64,000 bases of DNA, taken from positions 3,008,001 to 3,072,000 of the forward strand of contig CBDCTH010000012.1 in NCBI GenBank assembly GCA_965222155.1. Direction: 5' to 3'. The notes under the pieces were generated by a model. The model searched no databases, was not told the origin of the DNA, and saw nothing but the letters and a program-made list of their open reading frames with translations. This DNA comes from Gammaproteobacteria bacterium (GTDB lineage: Bacteria > Pseudomonadota > Gammaproteobacteria > Eutrophobiales > Eutrophobiaceae). Below, one piece after another: positions 52,775 through 62,681 of this stretch. The position numbers were made by a program, and so were the translations under genes. Positions within the stretch are counted from its first letter, which is position 1; every line of letters begins with the position of its first letter.

Positions 52775-53271
52775 CTACGGAATATCGTGCTTATGCCGGG
52801 GCAGGTGGTCAGCGATCTCAAACCAGTTCAGCCGGCTTTCGGTCCAGATATGGTACTCGGGTTCCAGCTGTTCGGGGTCGTCCAGGGTAACCATATTAAG
52901 GGAACCTCTATTTATTCACAAATTGATATATTAGCGGTCAATGATTTCAATAAGTTAGCGACCCTGTGTATCGAAAAATGTCAATTATTAGAGGTTCCCT
53001 TAAGGTCGACTGTTTTTTTGTCCGCAGTATTTCTGAACAACAACTGGGTGCCGCAGTCCCGGCAGAATTCGCGCTGCCCCCATTCTGACGACTTGAATAC
53101 ACCAGGGACGCCGAGTGTATATCGGAATGCAGCGGCAGGGAAAGTGGCCCACGCCAGGACCGGGGCGCCGGCAGATCGCTGACACAGCTGGCAGTGACAG
53201 TAACCCGCATCGTCAGGCGCTGACAGGAATGAATAGCGTAACGTGCCGCACAGACAACCGCCTTCATACAT
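52775..53271 (-). pseudogene. GFA (CENP-V/Mss4-like) family protein split by a MITE
   Basis: GGCLCG, CHCQLCQR, FCRDCGT; removing the insert and one TTAA restores the frame ...TVDLNMVTLDDP...HIWTESR.NWF* (130 aa). Confidence 0.88.
52900..52999. mobile_element. MITE family C (100 bp, IS5-like ends)
   Basis: TIR GGGAACCTCTA / TAGAGGTTCCC; TTAA duplication at 52896-52899 and 53000-53003. Confidence 0.88.
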
Positions 53272-53385
53272 AAGTATCCCTCCTGCCCTCCTGAAGCTGT
53301 ATAACACATCAGTTCTCCGCTCGAGCCGGGCCAAAAGTGCATCAGCTGAATTCTGCATCGATATTCTTTCCAAACATTTATAACA

Positions 53386-53814
53386 TCAGATCACGGCTAA
53401 GGACGCAGAATTTGCTCGTTTTGCTACGTTAACAGGAATGGCGTGATCGAATGTGACAAACCGGCATTCGTTTTCAACAGCCAGTGCCAGAAGGTAGATG
53501 TCCGTTACTTGGCGGGGACTTAGCAAACGGTCATGATCGATCGTATCGGAATTGAGAAGACTGATGTTATCCGAAATAAAGACATGGTGGTTTGTGGATA
53601 TCGCATTTTGCAGCCGGTTAATAATTTCAGTGATGTGGACTGCGTTGGGATAACGGGGCTGTGACATGATTCGGATGCAGCCATTTTGGGTAAGAGGGCA
53701 GGAAGCCCAGCCATGGATGATGTTATCTTCCAACCATTCTGAAGCCGCGCCATGGTGTGTATGGTCTTCATCAAATAGAGCAATAAGCACATTGATATCC
53801 AGTAACGCCCTCAT
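53386..53814 (-). CDS. vapC: VapC-type PIN domain toxin
   Basis: LLDINVLIAL, H.HH, QVTD.YLLALA, FVTFD. Confidence 0.88.
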   Translation of the reverse strand: MRALLDINVLIALFDEDHTHHGAASEWLEDNIIHGWASCPLTQNGCIRIMSQPRYPNAVHITEIINRLQNAISTNHHVFISDNISLLNSDTIDHDRLLSPRQVTDIYLLALAVENECRFVTFDHAIPVNVAKRANSASLAVI

Positions 53815-53818
53815 CCGT

Positions 53819-54067
53819 TCAGTCACCCAACTCTTCCCGGAGTTGATTAATATGTCGGTTGGTCACTACGCCGCCACGGGACGGAACAGGCTGGAAACCG
53901 TAAACATCTTTGCTTAATGCCAGTTTCGTTCGCATTTGGCCGGAGCGAACGCGCAGAGCCTGACGTAGTAATTCCGATATGACCTGCCCGGCTGTTTTGC
54001 ACTCCCGTTCGGCCAGTTCTTTGGCTGCAATAAGCAATTCTGTATCAATGTTCAAGGTTGTACGCAT
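53819..54067 (-). CDS. vapB: VapB-type RHH antitoxin
   Basis: MRTTLNID..LL..AKELA, G.VISEL.R.AL; directly upstream of vapC. Confidence 0.82.
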   Translation of the reverse strand: MRTTLNIDTELLIAAKELAERECKTAGQVISELLRQALRVRSGQMRTKLALSKDVYGFQPVPSRGGVVTNRHINQLREELGD

Positions 54068-54224
54068 CGTGTGTCTCCAGTAATCAGGTGATAGTAGATC
54101 ATTAAACATCATACATCAAACATCTTCAGTCTACGGCAGAAGTTCCCGCGTTTAACCGGAAGGGAATTTTGCAGGCTGTTTAGTATTTCGAGATCGATCA
54201 ATCCCGCACCGGGTGGGGGGTCAC

Positions 54225-55556
54225 TTATTCCCCGGCAATGGTCATGTTCTCGATCAATACCGAGCCGGTTTTGATGTTGCCCCGGTTGTCCACGTCGTTA
54301 GCTATGCTGACGATGTTCTGAAACATGTCCTTCAGGTTGGCGGCGACGGTGATCTCCTCAACGGGGTACTGGATCTCGCCCCGTTCAATCCAGAATCCTG
54401 ACGCTCCCCGGGAATAATCGCCGGTGATCTGGTTGACGCCGAACCCGATCATGTCGGTGATCAACAAACCGGTATCCATTTGTCTTATGAGTGCCTCCAG
54501 GTCCTGCTCACTGACCTGCACCATCAGGTTATGCACTCCACCGGCATTCCCGGTGGGGGGCAATCCCAGCTTACGGGCGGAATAAGCACTTAATACATAG
54601 CTTTCCAGAACCCCGTCCCTGACCAGTTGTTTTCGTTTCGTAGCCATACCGTCATTGTCAAACGGGGCGCTGCCGAGCTGTTTTGGCAAATGGGGCTGTT
54701 CTTCGATTTGCACCTGCGGGGCAAACACCTGTTCACCCAGCTTATCCAGTAGGAACGAGGCGCGTCGATATAAGGCGCCACCGGAGATGGCGCTGATTAA
54801 CGCGGAAAACAACCCCCGGGCAACCGGCGCCTCGAAGATGACCGGCGCCGAGCGAGTGGATAATTTGCGCGCATTCAACCGCGACAAGGTACGGCGGGCA
54901 GCTTCCTCCCCCACGGTTTTGACGTTATCGAGATCACGCTGGTCCCGGGCTTTGGTATACCAGCCGTCCCGTTGCATTTTACCGTTTTCTTCGGCAATAA
55001 CCGCGCAGTCGATGTTATGGGACGACCAGTCCCAGCCGTTGACAAAGTGATTGGTGTTGCCGTACAGGTGCGAGCCTGTATAGGTTGATACCAGAGCCCC
55101 GTCGGAATTGGTCAGGCGTTGGTCCGTTTGCCGCGCTGCGTCTTCACATTCCAGGGCGAGTTCAATGGCTTCATGGGGACTGATGCCCCAACGGTGACAT
55201 AGATCCAGGTCCGGGACTTGTTTTGCCAGGAATTCAGGATCAATCAACCCGGCGCAATCGTCTTCGCTGGCGTTTCCCGCAATGGTACAAGCGGCGTTGA
55301 CGGTGGCTTCGACTGCTTTGGCGGAAAAATCCGTGGTGGAAGCCGAACCCTTGCGCTTCCCCATATATACCGTTATTCCGAGACTTTTATCGCGTTGATG
55401 TTCTATGGTCTCAACCTGGCCCATACGTACGTTTACCGACAGGCCGCCACCCGTGCTGATATCGGCTTCCGCTGAATTAGCGCCCTGATCCCGGCTGCGC
55501 GACAAGGCCTTGTCAATAATCGCGCGGGCGTCTTCGAGATGGATTTGCATAGTCAA
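54225..55556 (-). CDS. pmbA: Metalloprotease PmbA/TldE
   Basis: RKGSAST, PFD.DG, TGNAGG.HN, TGDYSRGA.GFW. Confidence 0.93.
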   Translation of the reverse strand: MTMQIHLEDARAIIDKALSRSRDQGANSAEADISTGGGLSVNVRMGQVETIEHQRDKSLGITVYMGKRKGSASTTDFSAKAVEATVNAACTIAGNASEDDCAGLIDPEFLAKQVPDLDLCHRWGISPHEAIELALECEDAARQTDQRLTNSDGALVSTYTGSHLYGNTNHFVNGWDWSSHNIDCAVIAEENGKMQRDGWYTKARDQRDLDNVKTVGEEAARRTLSRLNARKLSTRSAPVIFEAPVARGLFSALISAISGGALYRRASFLLDKLGEQVFAPQVQIEEQPHLPKQLGSAPFDNDGMATKRKQLVRDGVLESYVLSAYSARKLGLPPTGNAGGVHNLMVQVSEQDLEALIRQMDTGLLITDMIGFGVNQITGDYSRGASGFWIERGEIQYPVEEITVAANLKDMFQNIVSIANDVDNRGNIKTGSVLIENMTIAGE

Positions 55557-55580
55557 AATAAATCATTCTATCATCCTTAA

Positions 55581-55747
55581 CCCGCATTTCTCACCAGTTC
55601 GCTTATCGTCACCGGAAATTTGTTTGCTGTCAATGAGTTAAAATACATTATTCACTATGTCACCATTACAAACTGCGCTTGATGCGCCCGCGCTGGCGGC
55701 AAAAATCCTGCGCGATCTTCGCATCAACTGGTAATGAGAAATGCGGG
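55581..55747. mobile_element. MITE family A copy (167 bp), inverted relative to 1906-2239
   Basis: TIR CCCGCATTTCTCA / TGAGAAATGCGGG with TTAA on both sides (55577-55580, 55748-55751). Confidence 0.78.
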
Positions 55748-55840
55748 TTAAACGGGTTACAACGGTCTAATGCACGTTTCCGCCGCATCGTTGTCAATTT
55801 GACGGCTGAAATTGACCTGCCTGTCAGTTACAATGAATTG

Positions 55841-57994
55841 ATGGACGTTTCGGTCGTATTAGACGGGTTGAATGACGCACAACGGCAGACTGTGGCCGCC
55901 CCCACCGGCAATCTCCTGGTGCTGGCAGGCGCGGGCAGTGGTAAAACCCGGGTACTGGTGCATCGTATCGCCTGGTATCTGCAAACGGAGCAGGCCTCAC
56001 CTTTTGGCATCCTCGCAGTCACGTTCACTAATAAGGCCGCCGCAGAGATGCGGGCCCGGATTGAAACCCTGTTGCAGCGGCCTATCGGCGGCATGTGGGT
56101 AGGCACGTTTCACGGCCTCGCCCATCGGATTTTACGCCTGCACTGGCAGGAAGCGGGTCTGCCGAACAGCTTTCAGATCCTTGACAGTGACGACCAGTTG
56201 CGCACTCTGCGACGGGTTATCAGGGGCATGAACCTGGATGAGGCACAATACTCTGCCAGGGAGGCCCAGTGGTTCATCAATGCGCGCAAGGATGACGGTT
56301 TAAGACCGCAGCACATAGAATCCCGCGCTGATCCCATTCTTGAACAAATGGTACATATCTACCGTACCTACCAACAGACCTGCGACCGTAGCGGGCTGGT
56401 GGATTTTGCCGAGCTGTTGTTGAGGGCCCACGAGTTGTTTCGTGACCAGGACAGCTTGTTGGGTCATTATCAGCAGCGCTTTCGTCACATACTGGTAGAT
56501 GAATTCCAGGATACCAACACATTACAATATGCCTGGTTGCGATTGCTGGTGGGCAGGGACAGCCACTTATTTGCGGTTGGCGATGACGATCAATCCATTT
56601 ACAGTTTTCGCGGGGCGCGCATGGAAAACATGCAACGCTTTGAACGGGATTTCCCGACGCCGGTGTTGCATCGGCTGGAACAGAACTATCGATCAACAAC
56701 CAACATTTTGAATGCCGCCAACGCCCTGATTGCCAACAACGTAACCCGCCTGGGCAAAAACCTGTGGAGCGACGGGAAAGCGGGCGGCAAACTCGACCTT
56801 TACGCGGCTTATAACGAGCACGATGAGGCCCGCTTTGTGGTGGAGCGGATCAGGGCGGCCAGCCAGGACAACATCAATTTCCAGGACACTGCCGTCCTGT
56901 ACCGGGTCAGCGCCACGTCACGGGTACTGGAAGAGGCATTAATGCGGGTCCAGGTGCCCTATCGCGTATTCGGGGGTATGCGTTTTTATGAACGTATGGA
57001 AATCAAGGACGCGCTGGCTTACTTGCGTCTTGCCGTCTCCAGGGATGACGATGCCTCTTTCGAGCGCATTGTCAACACTCCCAATCGAGGTATCGGACAG
57101 CGCAGCCTGGAACAAATCCGTGGCCGGGCCCGGACGGAAAACGTATCGTTATGGCGGGCTGCCGCGGGATTGGTATCGGATAAGTTGATGTCAGCCCGCG
57201 CCCTGTCCGCACTGGGGCAGTTTCTCAGTCTCATAGAGAAGATAGCACAGTCCATTTGTGATAAAACCCTTGATGAGTCTATGGATATCGTCATCAAGAG
57301 CAGCGGTCTCGTTGAGCACTATCGCAAAGAGCGGGGTGAGAAGGGTGTTGCCCGGATAGAGAATTTGGAAGAACTCATCAGTGCCGCGGGGGAGTTTAGC
57401 GTGGATAAAGACGTACACGGTGACATGGAACCCATGTCTGCTTTTCTATCTCATGCCGCGCTGGAGGCGGGTGAGACTCAGGCCGACGCGTACACCGATG
57501 CGGTCAATTTAATGACCATACACACTGCCAAAGGCCTGGAGTTTGAGCAGGTTTACCTGGTTGGCATGGAGGAGGGACTATTCCCCCATCAGCGCAGCTC
57601 CGACGACCCGGCGCAACTGGAAGAGGAGCGACGACTTTGTTACGTGGGTATTACCCGGGCCAGGAGGAAACTGACCCTGAGTTACGCACAGCATCGACGC
57701 CTGCACGGCGCGGATTTTTATCCGCAACCTTCCCGCTTTTTGCGGGAGATTCCTGCAGAACTCATTGATGAAATCCGCATGGGTGGGGCAGTAAGTCGTG
57801 AGTTTTTCAGCAAGGTGACCTGCGCAGACGATGTCCCGTTCGGCCCAGGCCAGCGGGTGCTACATGCCAGGTTCGGAGAAGGCACTGTTTTGAACCTGGA
57901 AGGCCAGGGCAGCCATACCCGAATACAGGTAAACTTCGAGAGAGCAGGCTCAAAATGGCTGGTGCTGGCCTATGCAAACCTGCAACCCGCCTGA
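55841..57994 (+). CDS. uvrD: DNA helicase II
   Basis: AGAGSGKT, VTFTNKAA, VDEFQDTN, GDDDQSIY, EEERRLCYVGITRA; the longer ORF begins inside a MITE. Confidence 0.96.
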   Translation: MDVSVVLDGLNDAQRQTVAAPTGNLLVLAGAGSGKTRVLVHRIAWYLQTEQASPFGILAVTFTNKAAAEMRARIETLLQRPIGGMWVGTFHGLAHRILRLHWQEAGLPNSFQILDSDDQLRTLRRVIRGMNLDEAQYSAREAQWFINARKDDGLRPQHIESRADPILEQMVHIYRTYQQTCDRSGLVDFAELLLRAHELFRDQDSLLGHYQQRFRHILVDEFQDTNTLQYAWLRLLVGRDSHLFAVGDDDQSIYSFRGARMENMQRFERDFPTPVLHRLEQNYRSTTNILNAANALIANNVTRLGKNLWSDGKAGGKLDLYAAYNEHDEARFVVERIRAASQDNINFQDTAVLYRVSATSRVLEEALMRVQVPYRVFGGMRFYERMEIKDALAYLRLAVSRDDDASFERIVNTPNRGIGQRSLEQIRGRARTENVSLWRAAAGLVSDKLMSARALSALGQFLSLIEKIAQSICDKTLDESMDIVIKSSGLVEHYRKERGEKGVARIENLEELISAAGEFSVDKDVHGDMEPMSAFLSHAALEAGETQADAYTDAVNLMTIHTAKGLEFEQVYLVGMEEGLFPHQRSSDDPAQLEEERRLCYVGITRARRKLTLSYAQHRRLHGADFYPQPSRFLREIPAELIDEIRMGGAVSREFFSKVTCADDVPFGPGQRVLHARFGEGTVLNLEGQGSHTRIQVNFERAGSKWLVLAYANLQPA

Positions 57995-58123
57995 TCCGGT
58001 CCATGACAGTGATCCTGAGGGCCGCAGCGGGCATAGAGCCTGCCCCCCATGGCTGGATACCGGGCAATCCCTGTCCGCTATAACGACTGAACCCGTCGGA
58101 GGGTCGATACGGAGAGTGAAACA

Positions 58124-59251
58124 ATGAAAGAACATAACAACACATCCTTAATTTTGCTGATAACACGACGATTACCTTCTCTCCTGCTCGCCATTATTGT
58201 TAGCGGTTGTGGGGACGCTGGACCGGGTGAGGCCGGGAAGGCGAGTGCCGATACCGGCAAGGTCTATCGCTGGAAGATGGTGACCACCTGGCCGGCAAAT
58301 TTTCCAGTGTTCCAGGAAGCACCGGAGATGTTTGCCGAAAACCTTCGGGTCATGAGCCATGGCCGGTTGGATATCAAGGTCTTTGCCGGGGGGGAACTGG
58401 TCCCGGCCCTGCAGGTATTTGACGCCGTCTCCCAGGGCGCCGTGGAAATAGGGCATGGCTCCGCCTATTACTGGGCCGGCAAGGTCCCGTCCGCACAGTT
58501 TTTTTCTACCGTTCCTTTCGGTATGGAGAAGAAAGGTGTGGAGGCCTGGCTTTATCACGGCGGCGGATTGGAAATATGGAACGAGTTATACCAACCGTTT
58601 AACGTGATTGCCCTGCCTGTCGGCAATACCGGCGTGCAGATGGGCGGCTGGTTCAACAAGAAGATAGAGAGCATTGATGATTTGAAGGGGTTGCGCATGC
58701 GCATCCCCGGACTGGGCGGCAAGGTATTGGACCGGGCGGGCGGCAATCCCGTATTGATGTCAGGAGGCGAGCTCTACACGGCCCTGGAGCGAGGTACAAT
58801 AGATGCCACAGAGTGGGTTGGACCTCTCCATGACCTGCGTCTGGGCCTGAACCGGGCGGCGACTTACTATTATTATCCCGGCTGGCACGAACCGGGTACG
58901 GAATTGGAACTACTGATTAACAAAGCGCGCTGGGACAGCCTGCCCGCGGATCTGCAACGGATGGTCAAACAAGCCGCCGCCGCTACCAGTGTATGGACAT
59001 ACAGCGCCATGGAATACCATAACAGCCAGGCGCTTAAGGAATTATCCACGAAAAAGAATGTGCAGTTGTTACCGTTTCCGCCTGACGTGATGCGGGAATT
59101 ACGTAATATCACCGTTCAAACCCTGATCGGCGAGGCAGAAAAAGATCCTGATTTCAAGCGCGTATACGACGCTTACCAGTCGTTTCGGCTGGAGTACCAG
59201 CCCTGGCACAGTCTCACTTCACAGGCGTTGGAGATTGGCGCGCAGCCCTGA
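58124..59251 (+). CDS. TRAP transporter substrate-binding protein (DctP/TakP-like)
   Basis: WKMVTTWP, YYWAGK, GNTGVQMGGWF, RIPGLGG, EWVGP; lipobox-like VSGC. Confidence 0.9.
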   Translation: MKEHNNTSLILLITRRLPSLLLAIIVSGCGDAGPGEAGKASADTGKVYRWKMVTTWPANFPVFQEAPEMFAENLRVMSHGRLDIKVFAGGELVPALQVFDAVSQGAVEIGHGSAYYWAGKVPSAQFFSTVPFGMEKKGVEAWLYHGGGLEIWNELYQPFNVIALPVGNTGVQMGGWFNKKIESIDDLKGLRMRIPGLGGKVLDRAGGNPVLMSGGELYTALERGTIDATEWVGPLHDLRLGLNRAATYYYYPGWHEPGTELELLINKARWDSLPADLQRMVKQAAAATSVWTYSAMEYHNSQALKELSTKKNVQLLPFPPDVMRELRNITVQTLIGEAEKDPDFKRVYDAYQSFRLEYQPWHSLTSQALEIGAQP

Positions 59252-59272
59252 TACTCTGCTGTCGGTTCATGA

Positions 59273-60175
59273 TCAGGCGGAAGATTGCCGCCGGTAATAT
59301 AAATAGCAGAGCAAACAGAAAACCAGTAGCCAGACCGAGGCCAAATCTCCCATGAATTGATCATAACGGTTTACCAGGTGGGCATGGGGATTATGTGGAG
59401 TGAAATCGGCGGCGTATTGGATAATCTTTTCTCCTGCTATTACCCCTGCGTGAATACCGATACAAGGCAGGAGGCTGTCAGTCAAAATCCGCACCAGGCC
59501 CAGCAACAGGCCCAGCAGGAACAAGGTCAGCATGGCGTCGTACCTTGTCGGATCGGCAAACTGGAACAGTGCCTGCGGCAATATTGAAACGCCGGTAAAC
59601 CAGGAAACAACCGTGTCCGCCGGCAGCTCACGAAATTTGAGATAGTGTGCGGCGGCATATACCAGGCTCACCATAAAAAGGGCAGCTATCTTGTTTGTCT
59701 GTCGGCTCAAGCCGCCGAACAGGGCGCCGCGGAAGATCACCTCTTCAATAACGCTAACCAGCAATCCGACAATCAGTCCGTTGAGTAACAGCAGAGACAG
59801 GGAATTAAGCATGAAACTTTGCTCCCGATCAGGTTCGTGGATACCCAGTATCAGGAGGTTGGACTCGATTACCGCCATAATAGCCAATCCCGCAATCATC
59901 CCATGGAATAACCGGACATGGGCTTTGTGAGGGCTGATGCCAAGTTGCTGCAGTGACAGCCTGTGACAGCAAGAGAGATAAAGCAGGCTGAACAGCAGAC
60001 CGCTGAAAAGCGTTGTCTTGGATATTATTTTTCTGAAAGGGACTTCCGCGAATACGGAATAAATCTCATAAACGGGATATGCGATGAGCGCGCCGAACAG
60101 GATGGCGATAATAAAAACACCGGTAAAAACCAGCAGGGCACGCAAGACATGCCAAGTGGGCGTCTTACGATTCAT
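59273..60175 (-). CDS. CPBP (CAAX/Abi) intramembrane protease
   Basis: EEVIFRG, YAAAH, IGIHAG motifs. Confidence 0.85.
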   Translation of the reverse strand: MNRKTPTWHVLRALLVFTGVFIIAILFGALIAYPVYEIYSVFAEVPFRKIISKTTLFSGLLFSLLYLSCCHRLSLQQLGISPHKAHVRLFHGMIAGLAIMAVIESNLLILGIHEPDREQSFMLNSLSLLLLNGLIVGLLVSVIEEVIFRGALFGGLSRQTNKIAALFMVSLVYAAAHYLKFRELPADTVVSWFTGVSILPQALFQFADPTRYDAMLTLFLLGLLLGLVRILTDSLLPCIGIHAGVIAGEKIIQYAADFTPHNPHAHLVNRYDQFMGDLASVWLLVFCLLCYLYYRRQSSA

Positions 60176-60193
60176 TTATCAGTTTGGTGCAGA

Positions 60194-60712
60194 TTATTGG
60201 CTGTTTGCGACCATGAAATCCACTGCCGCTTTGACTTCCTCATCGGTCAGGTTGATATTGCCGCCCTTGGGCGGCATTGCGATGATTCCGCCCTCACTGA
60301 TAAAGCCCTTGATGGCACGTTCATACATCAGCGCCATGCCCTGGGCAATGCGGCTTTCCCAAGCTGCCATGTCACCAACTTTGGGAATGCCGGGCAACCC
60401 GTTATGACAGCTGATGCAAAGCCCCTGGTACACTCTCTGGCCCATATCAACGGACTCCCCGTTGACTGCCGTCTCAACAGCTACCAACTCCATTTCTTCG
60501 GTTGTCTCATCAAGCACGTTCACCACGCCCACCGGGACGGTATTCGCCGATACTTTGGTTGATTGTTTGAGGGCGATGGCGTCTTCATCCACACCCAGGT
60601 AAAACGCCAGCACCAGAAATATGATGATCATCACAGCCAGCAGGCCAATGACAATCGAATAATTATAAAAAAATACTCGATCCTTATCCAAACTCATCGC
60701 AACTATCCTCAC
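60194..60712 (-). CDS. Membrane-anchored cytochrome c5
   Basis: CISCH heme motif, W..RIAQG, MPPKGG. Confidence 0.9.
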   Translation of the reverse strand: MRIVAMSLDKDRVFFYNYSIVIGLLAVMIIIFLVLAFYLGVDEDAIALKQSTKVSANTVPVGVVNVLDETTEEMELVAVETAVNGESVDMGQRVYQGLCISCHNGLPGIPKVGDMAAWESRIAQGMALMYERAIKGFISEGGIIAMPPKGGNINLTDEEVKAAVDFMVANSQ

Positions 60713-60741
60713 TCAATCAGTGGAATTATCTTTTAGTCAAT

Positions 60742-61656
60742 TCAACCAGGTAAATAATCGGATTGCATTTTAACAATCCGACGGGCAATGTGATACCACT
60801 TGGAGTTACTATCGGTAGCTACCTGGGCCGGATCTCCGGCGGCCTGTTTTTCTTCCAGATAGTCTTTAATGCCCGCCTGCTCCAGCACGTGCTGAAACGC
60901 GTTGTACCGAACTGGGTCAAACGGCTTATCCGCACCGTATTTATCGTGTAACGGATGGGGTGGATAAACATGCATGGAAGCCGAATAGTCAACCGGTACG
61001 ACGGACTCATCTTTGCCCAGCAGCCTGGGTAATAAATGTGTATGCGGTCCCATTTCCGCGCTGACGCTATGACCGGGGATCGGGGTATAGGCTTCGATGC
61101 GGCCAAGTGCCGAGATGACGATGCGGTCAGGCGACAAACCTTGCAGCAGGGCCATGACCGCTTGGCCCCCATCCAGCAACGCCCGGCCGCAGAATGACGT
61201 CAATTTTTCTGCAAGTTGTCCCTCTTTGGTACGTACGCAGAAGCGGATCTGATCCGAACCGAGGCCAAGATCAAACAGCCGCGCGTCCCGATCCCGGGCG
61301 CGTACCGCTTCCCTGTCCGCCCCCAGGTCGGTAATGACCCTGTTTACCTTCAACCGGGCCTGTGTTCGTGGTAAGGCCAGAGCAATAGTTTGCGCCCAGG
61401 ATCGAGTACAGTGAGTTAATTGTTCGTAAGCAAAGCAGGTCAGTTGCTCAGGCAGTTTAATGGATATGGCGCCGCGTCCCGTCAATGCGGAGAGACTGTC
61501 TGTGGTCTCCCCGAAGCTGACCGTTTCATCTTCGTCATACATAAACTCTCCGATGGCGCCTGAAATGCCGTTGCTCCAACTGCTTTCCGGAGAGTGCAGG
61601 TAGCGTTTGACGAGATCAATGACTGTGGTTCTTGAGACAGCTGTTTCAGTGCTCAT
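60742..61656 (-). CDS. Hypothetical protein coupled to the nitrile hydratase cluster (DUF6925-like)
   Basis: WS.G..GAIGEF, LFDLGLG, FCVRT, GPHTHLLP; overlaps the accessory gene. Confidence 0.65.
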   Translation of the reverse strand: MSTETAVSRTTVIDLVKRYLHSPESSWSNGISGAIGEFMYDEDETVSFGETTDSLSALTGRGAISIKLPEQLTCFAYEQLTHCTRSWAQTIALALPRTQARLKVNRVITDLGADREAVRARDRDARLFDLGLGSDQIRFCVRTKEGQLAEKLTSFCGRALLDGGQAVMALLQGLSPDRIVISALGRIEAYTPIPGHSVSAEMGPHTHLLPRLLGKDESVVPVDYSASMHVYPPHPLHDKYGADKPFDPVRYNAFQHVLEQAGIKDYLEEKQAAGDPAQVATDSNSKWYHIARRIVKMQSDYLPG

Positions 61657-61984
61657 GTCCGTGCAGGCGTTGATGTTCTTGCTGCACCTGATATTTGCGG
61701 TGCGCCAGCAAATCGGCCGTGACCAGCCCCTTGCGGGTGGTTATTTTTTCCAGAGCATCCAACCAATGGTGATAATAAGTATTGCCGAGATCAGGGTCGC
61801 CCTGAGTGCGAGCTGCGGTTATGGCGTTATTGAGTTGTTGCGCCCACTCCGTCCAGGTAAATAGCTCCTGTTCATGCAGTTTCAGAACCAGCGCAAAAGC
61901 TTGTGCCTGCCAGGGTTCGCTGAACACCGGGCCGTCCTCATCCAATGGCAACCCGGCCAGGGAATCAAGATCAGGCGCTTGCAT
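61646..61984 (-). CDS. Nitrile hydratase accessory protein
   Basis: PVF.EPWQAQAFAL, FTW.EWA, YY.HWL.ALE. Confidence 0.88.
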   Translation of the reverse strand: MQAPDLDSLAGLPLDEDGPVFSEPWQAQAFALVLKLHEQELFTWTEWAQQLNNAITAARTQGDPDLGNTYYHHWLDALEKITTRKGLVTADLLAHRKYQVQQEHQRLHGHEH

Positions 61985-61995
61985 GGACGGCTGCC

Positions 61996-62661
61996 TTACT
62001 CGGCGGGATCCATATAATCATCGAACAGGTCGATGTAGACGCTGTCATTGGCCAGAGCAGCTTCACCCCACAATTCCCGGGCGCTGAACCTGACGTTATA
62101 GACATGCTGCGGCTTGTCCGGGCCGCCGTGGGCATTGGTATCGGGCAGGAGAAATATGCCGTGGTCCAGTTCCACTACCCCGCGTCTGCCCCTGATATAG
62201 CGGGGTATGCGTGTGTGATGCAGCGGATTGATGTTTCTGGCGATAATCGCATCGCCCGCCTTGAATTTGGGCGGGATATCGGCCTCTACAAAGACCGGGA
62301 TACGGTTATTCATGCCGTATTGCATCCTCTCAACGGGAGCGGCCTCCACGCTTGCCGTCAGTTCCGGGGCCATAACATTGCCGGATTCCAGTTCTTCCCG
62401 GGTGACCACGTTTTTTTGCAGCATTAACTGCTCCAGACTGTACAGCCACTTTTCGTAGTATTTGAAGGTCAGGTAGTCCCGGGGCGGGATGGTTTCCGTC
62501 ACGTAGCGCACCTCATCGGTGACAAAAATACCGGCGTCCATGGTAGCCAGGGTCATGGCATATACCTTCCTTTCCCAGTCGTCGTGAAACACCGGTTCAT
62601 CTTTTTCGATGTTCACGGGCCCGATATTGTCCATCCCGCCTATGTCGTGAATGCCGTTCAT
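61996..62661 (-). CDS. nthB: Nitrile hydratase beta subunit
   Basis: MNGIHDIGGM, YYEKW, HTRIPRYIRG, DLFDDY. Confidence 0.95.
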   Translation of the reverse strand: MNGIHDIGGMDNIGPVNIEKDEPVFHDDWERKVYAMTLATMDAGIFVTDEVRYVTETIPPRDYLTFKYYEKWLYSLEQLMLQKNVVTREELESGNVMAPELTASVEAAPVERMQYGMNNRIPVFVEADIPPKFKAGDAIIARNINPLHHTRIPRYIRGRRGVVELDHGIFLLPDTNAHGGPDKPQHVYNVRFSARELWGEAALANDSVYIDLFDDYMDPAE

Positions 62662-62681
62662 ATCAACCTGTCCTCGAGCTG

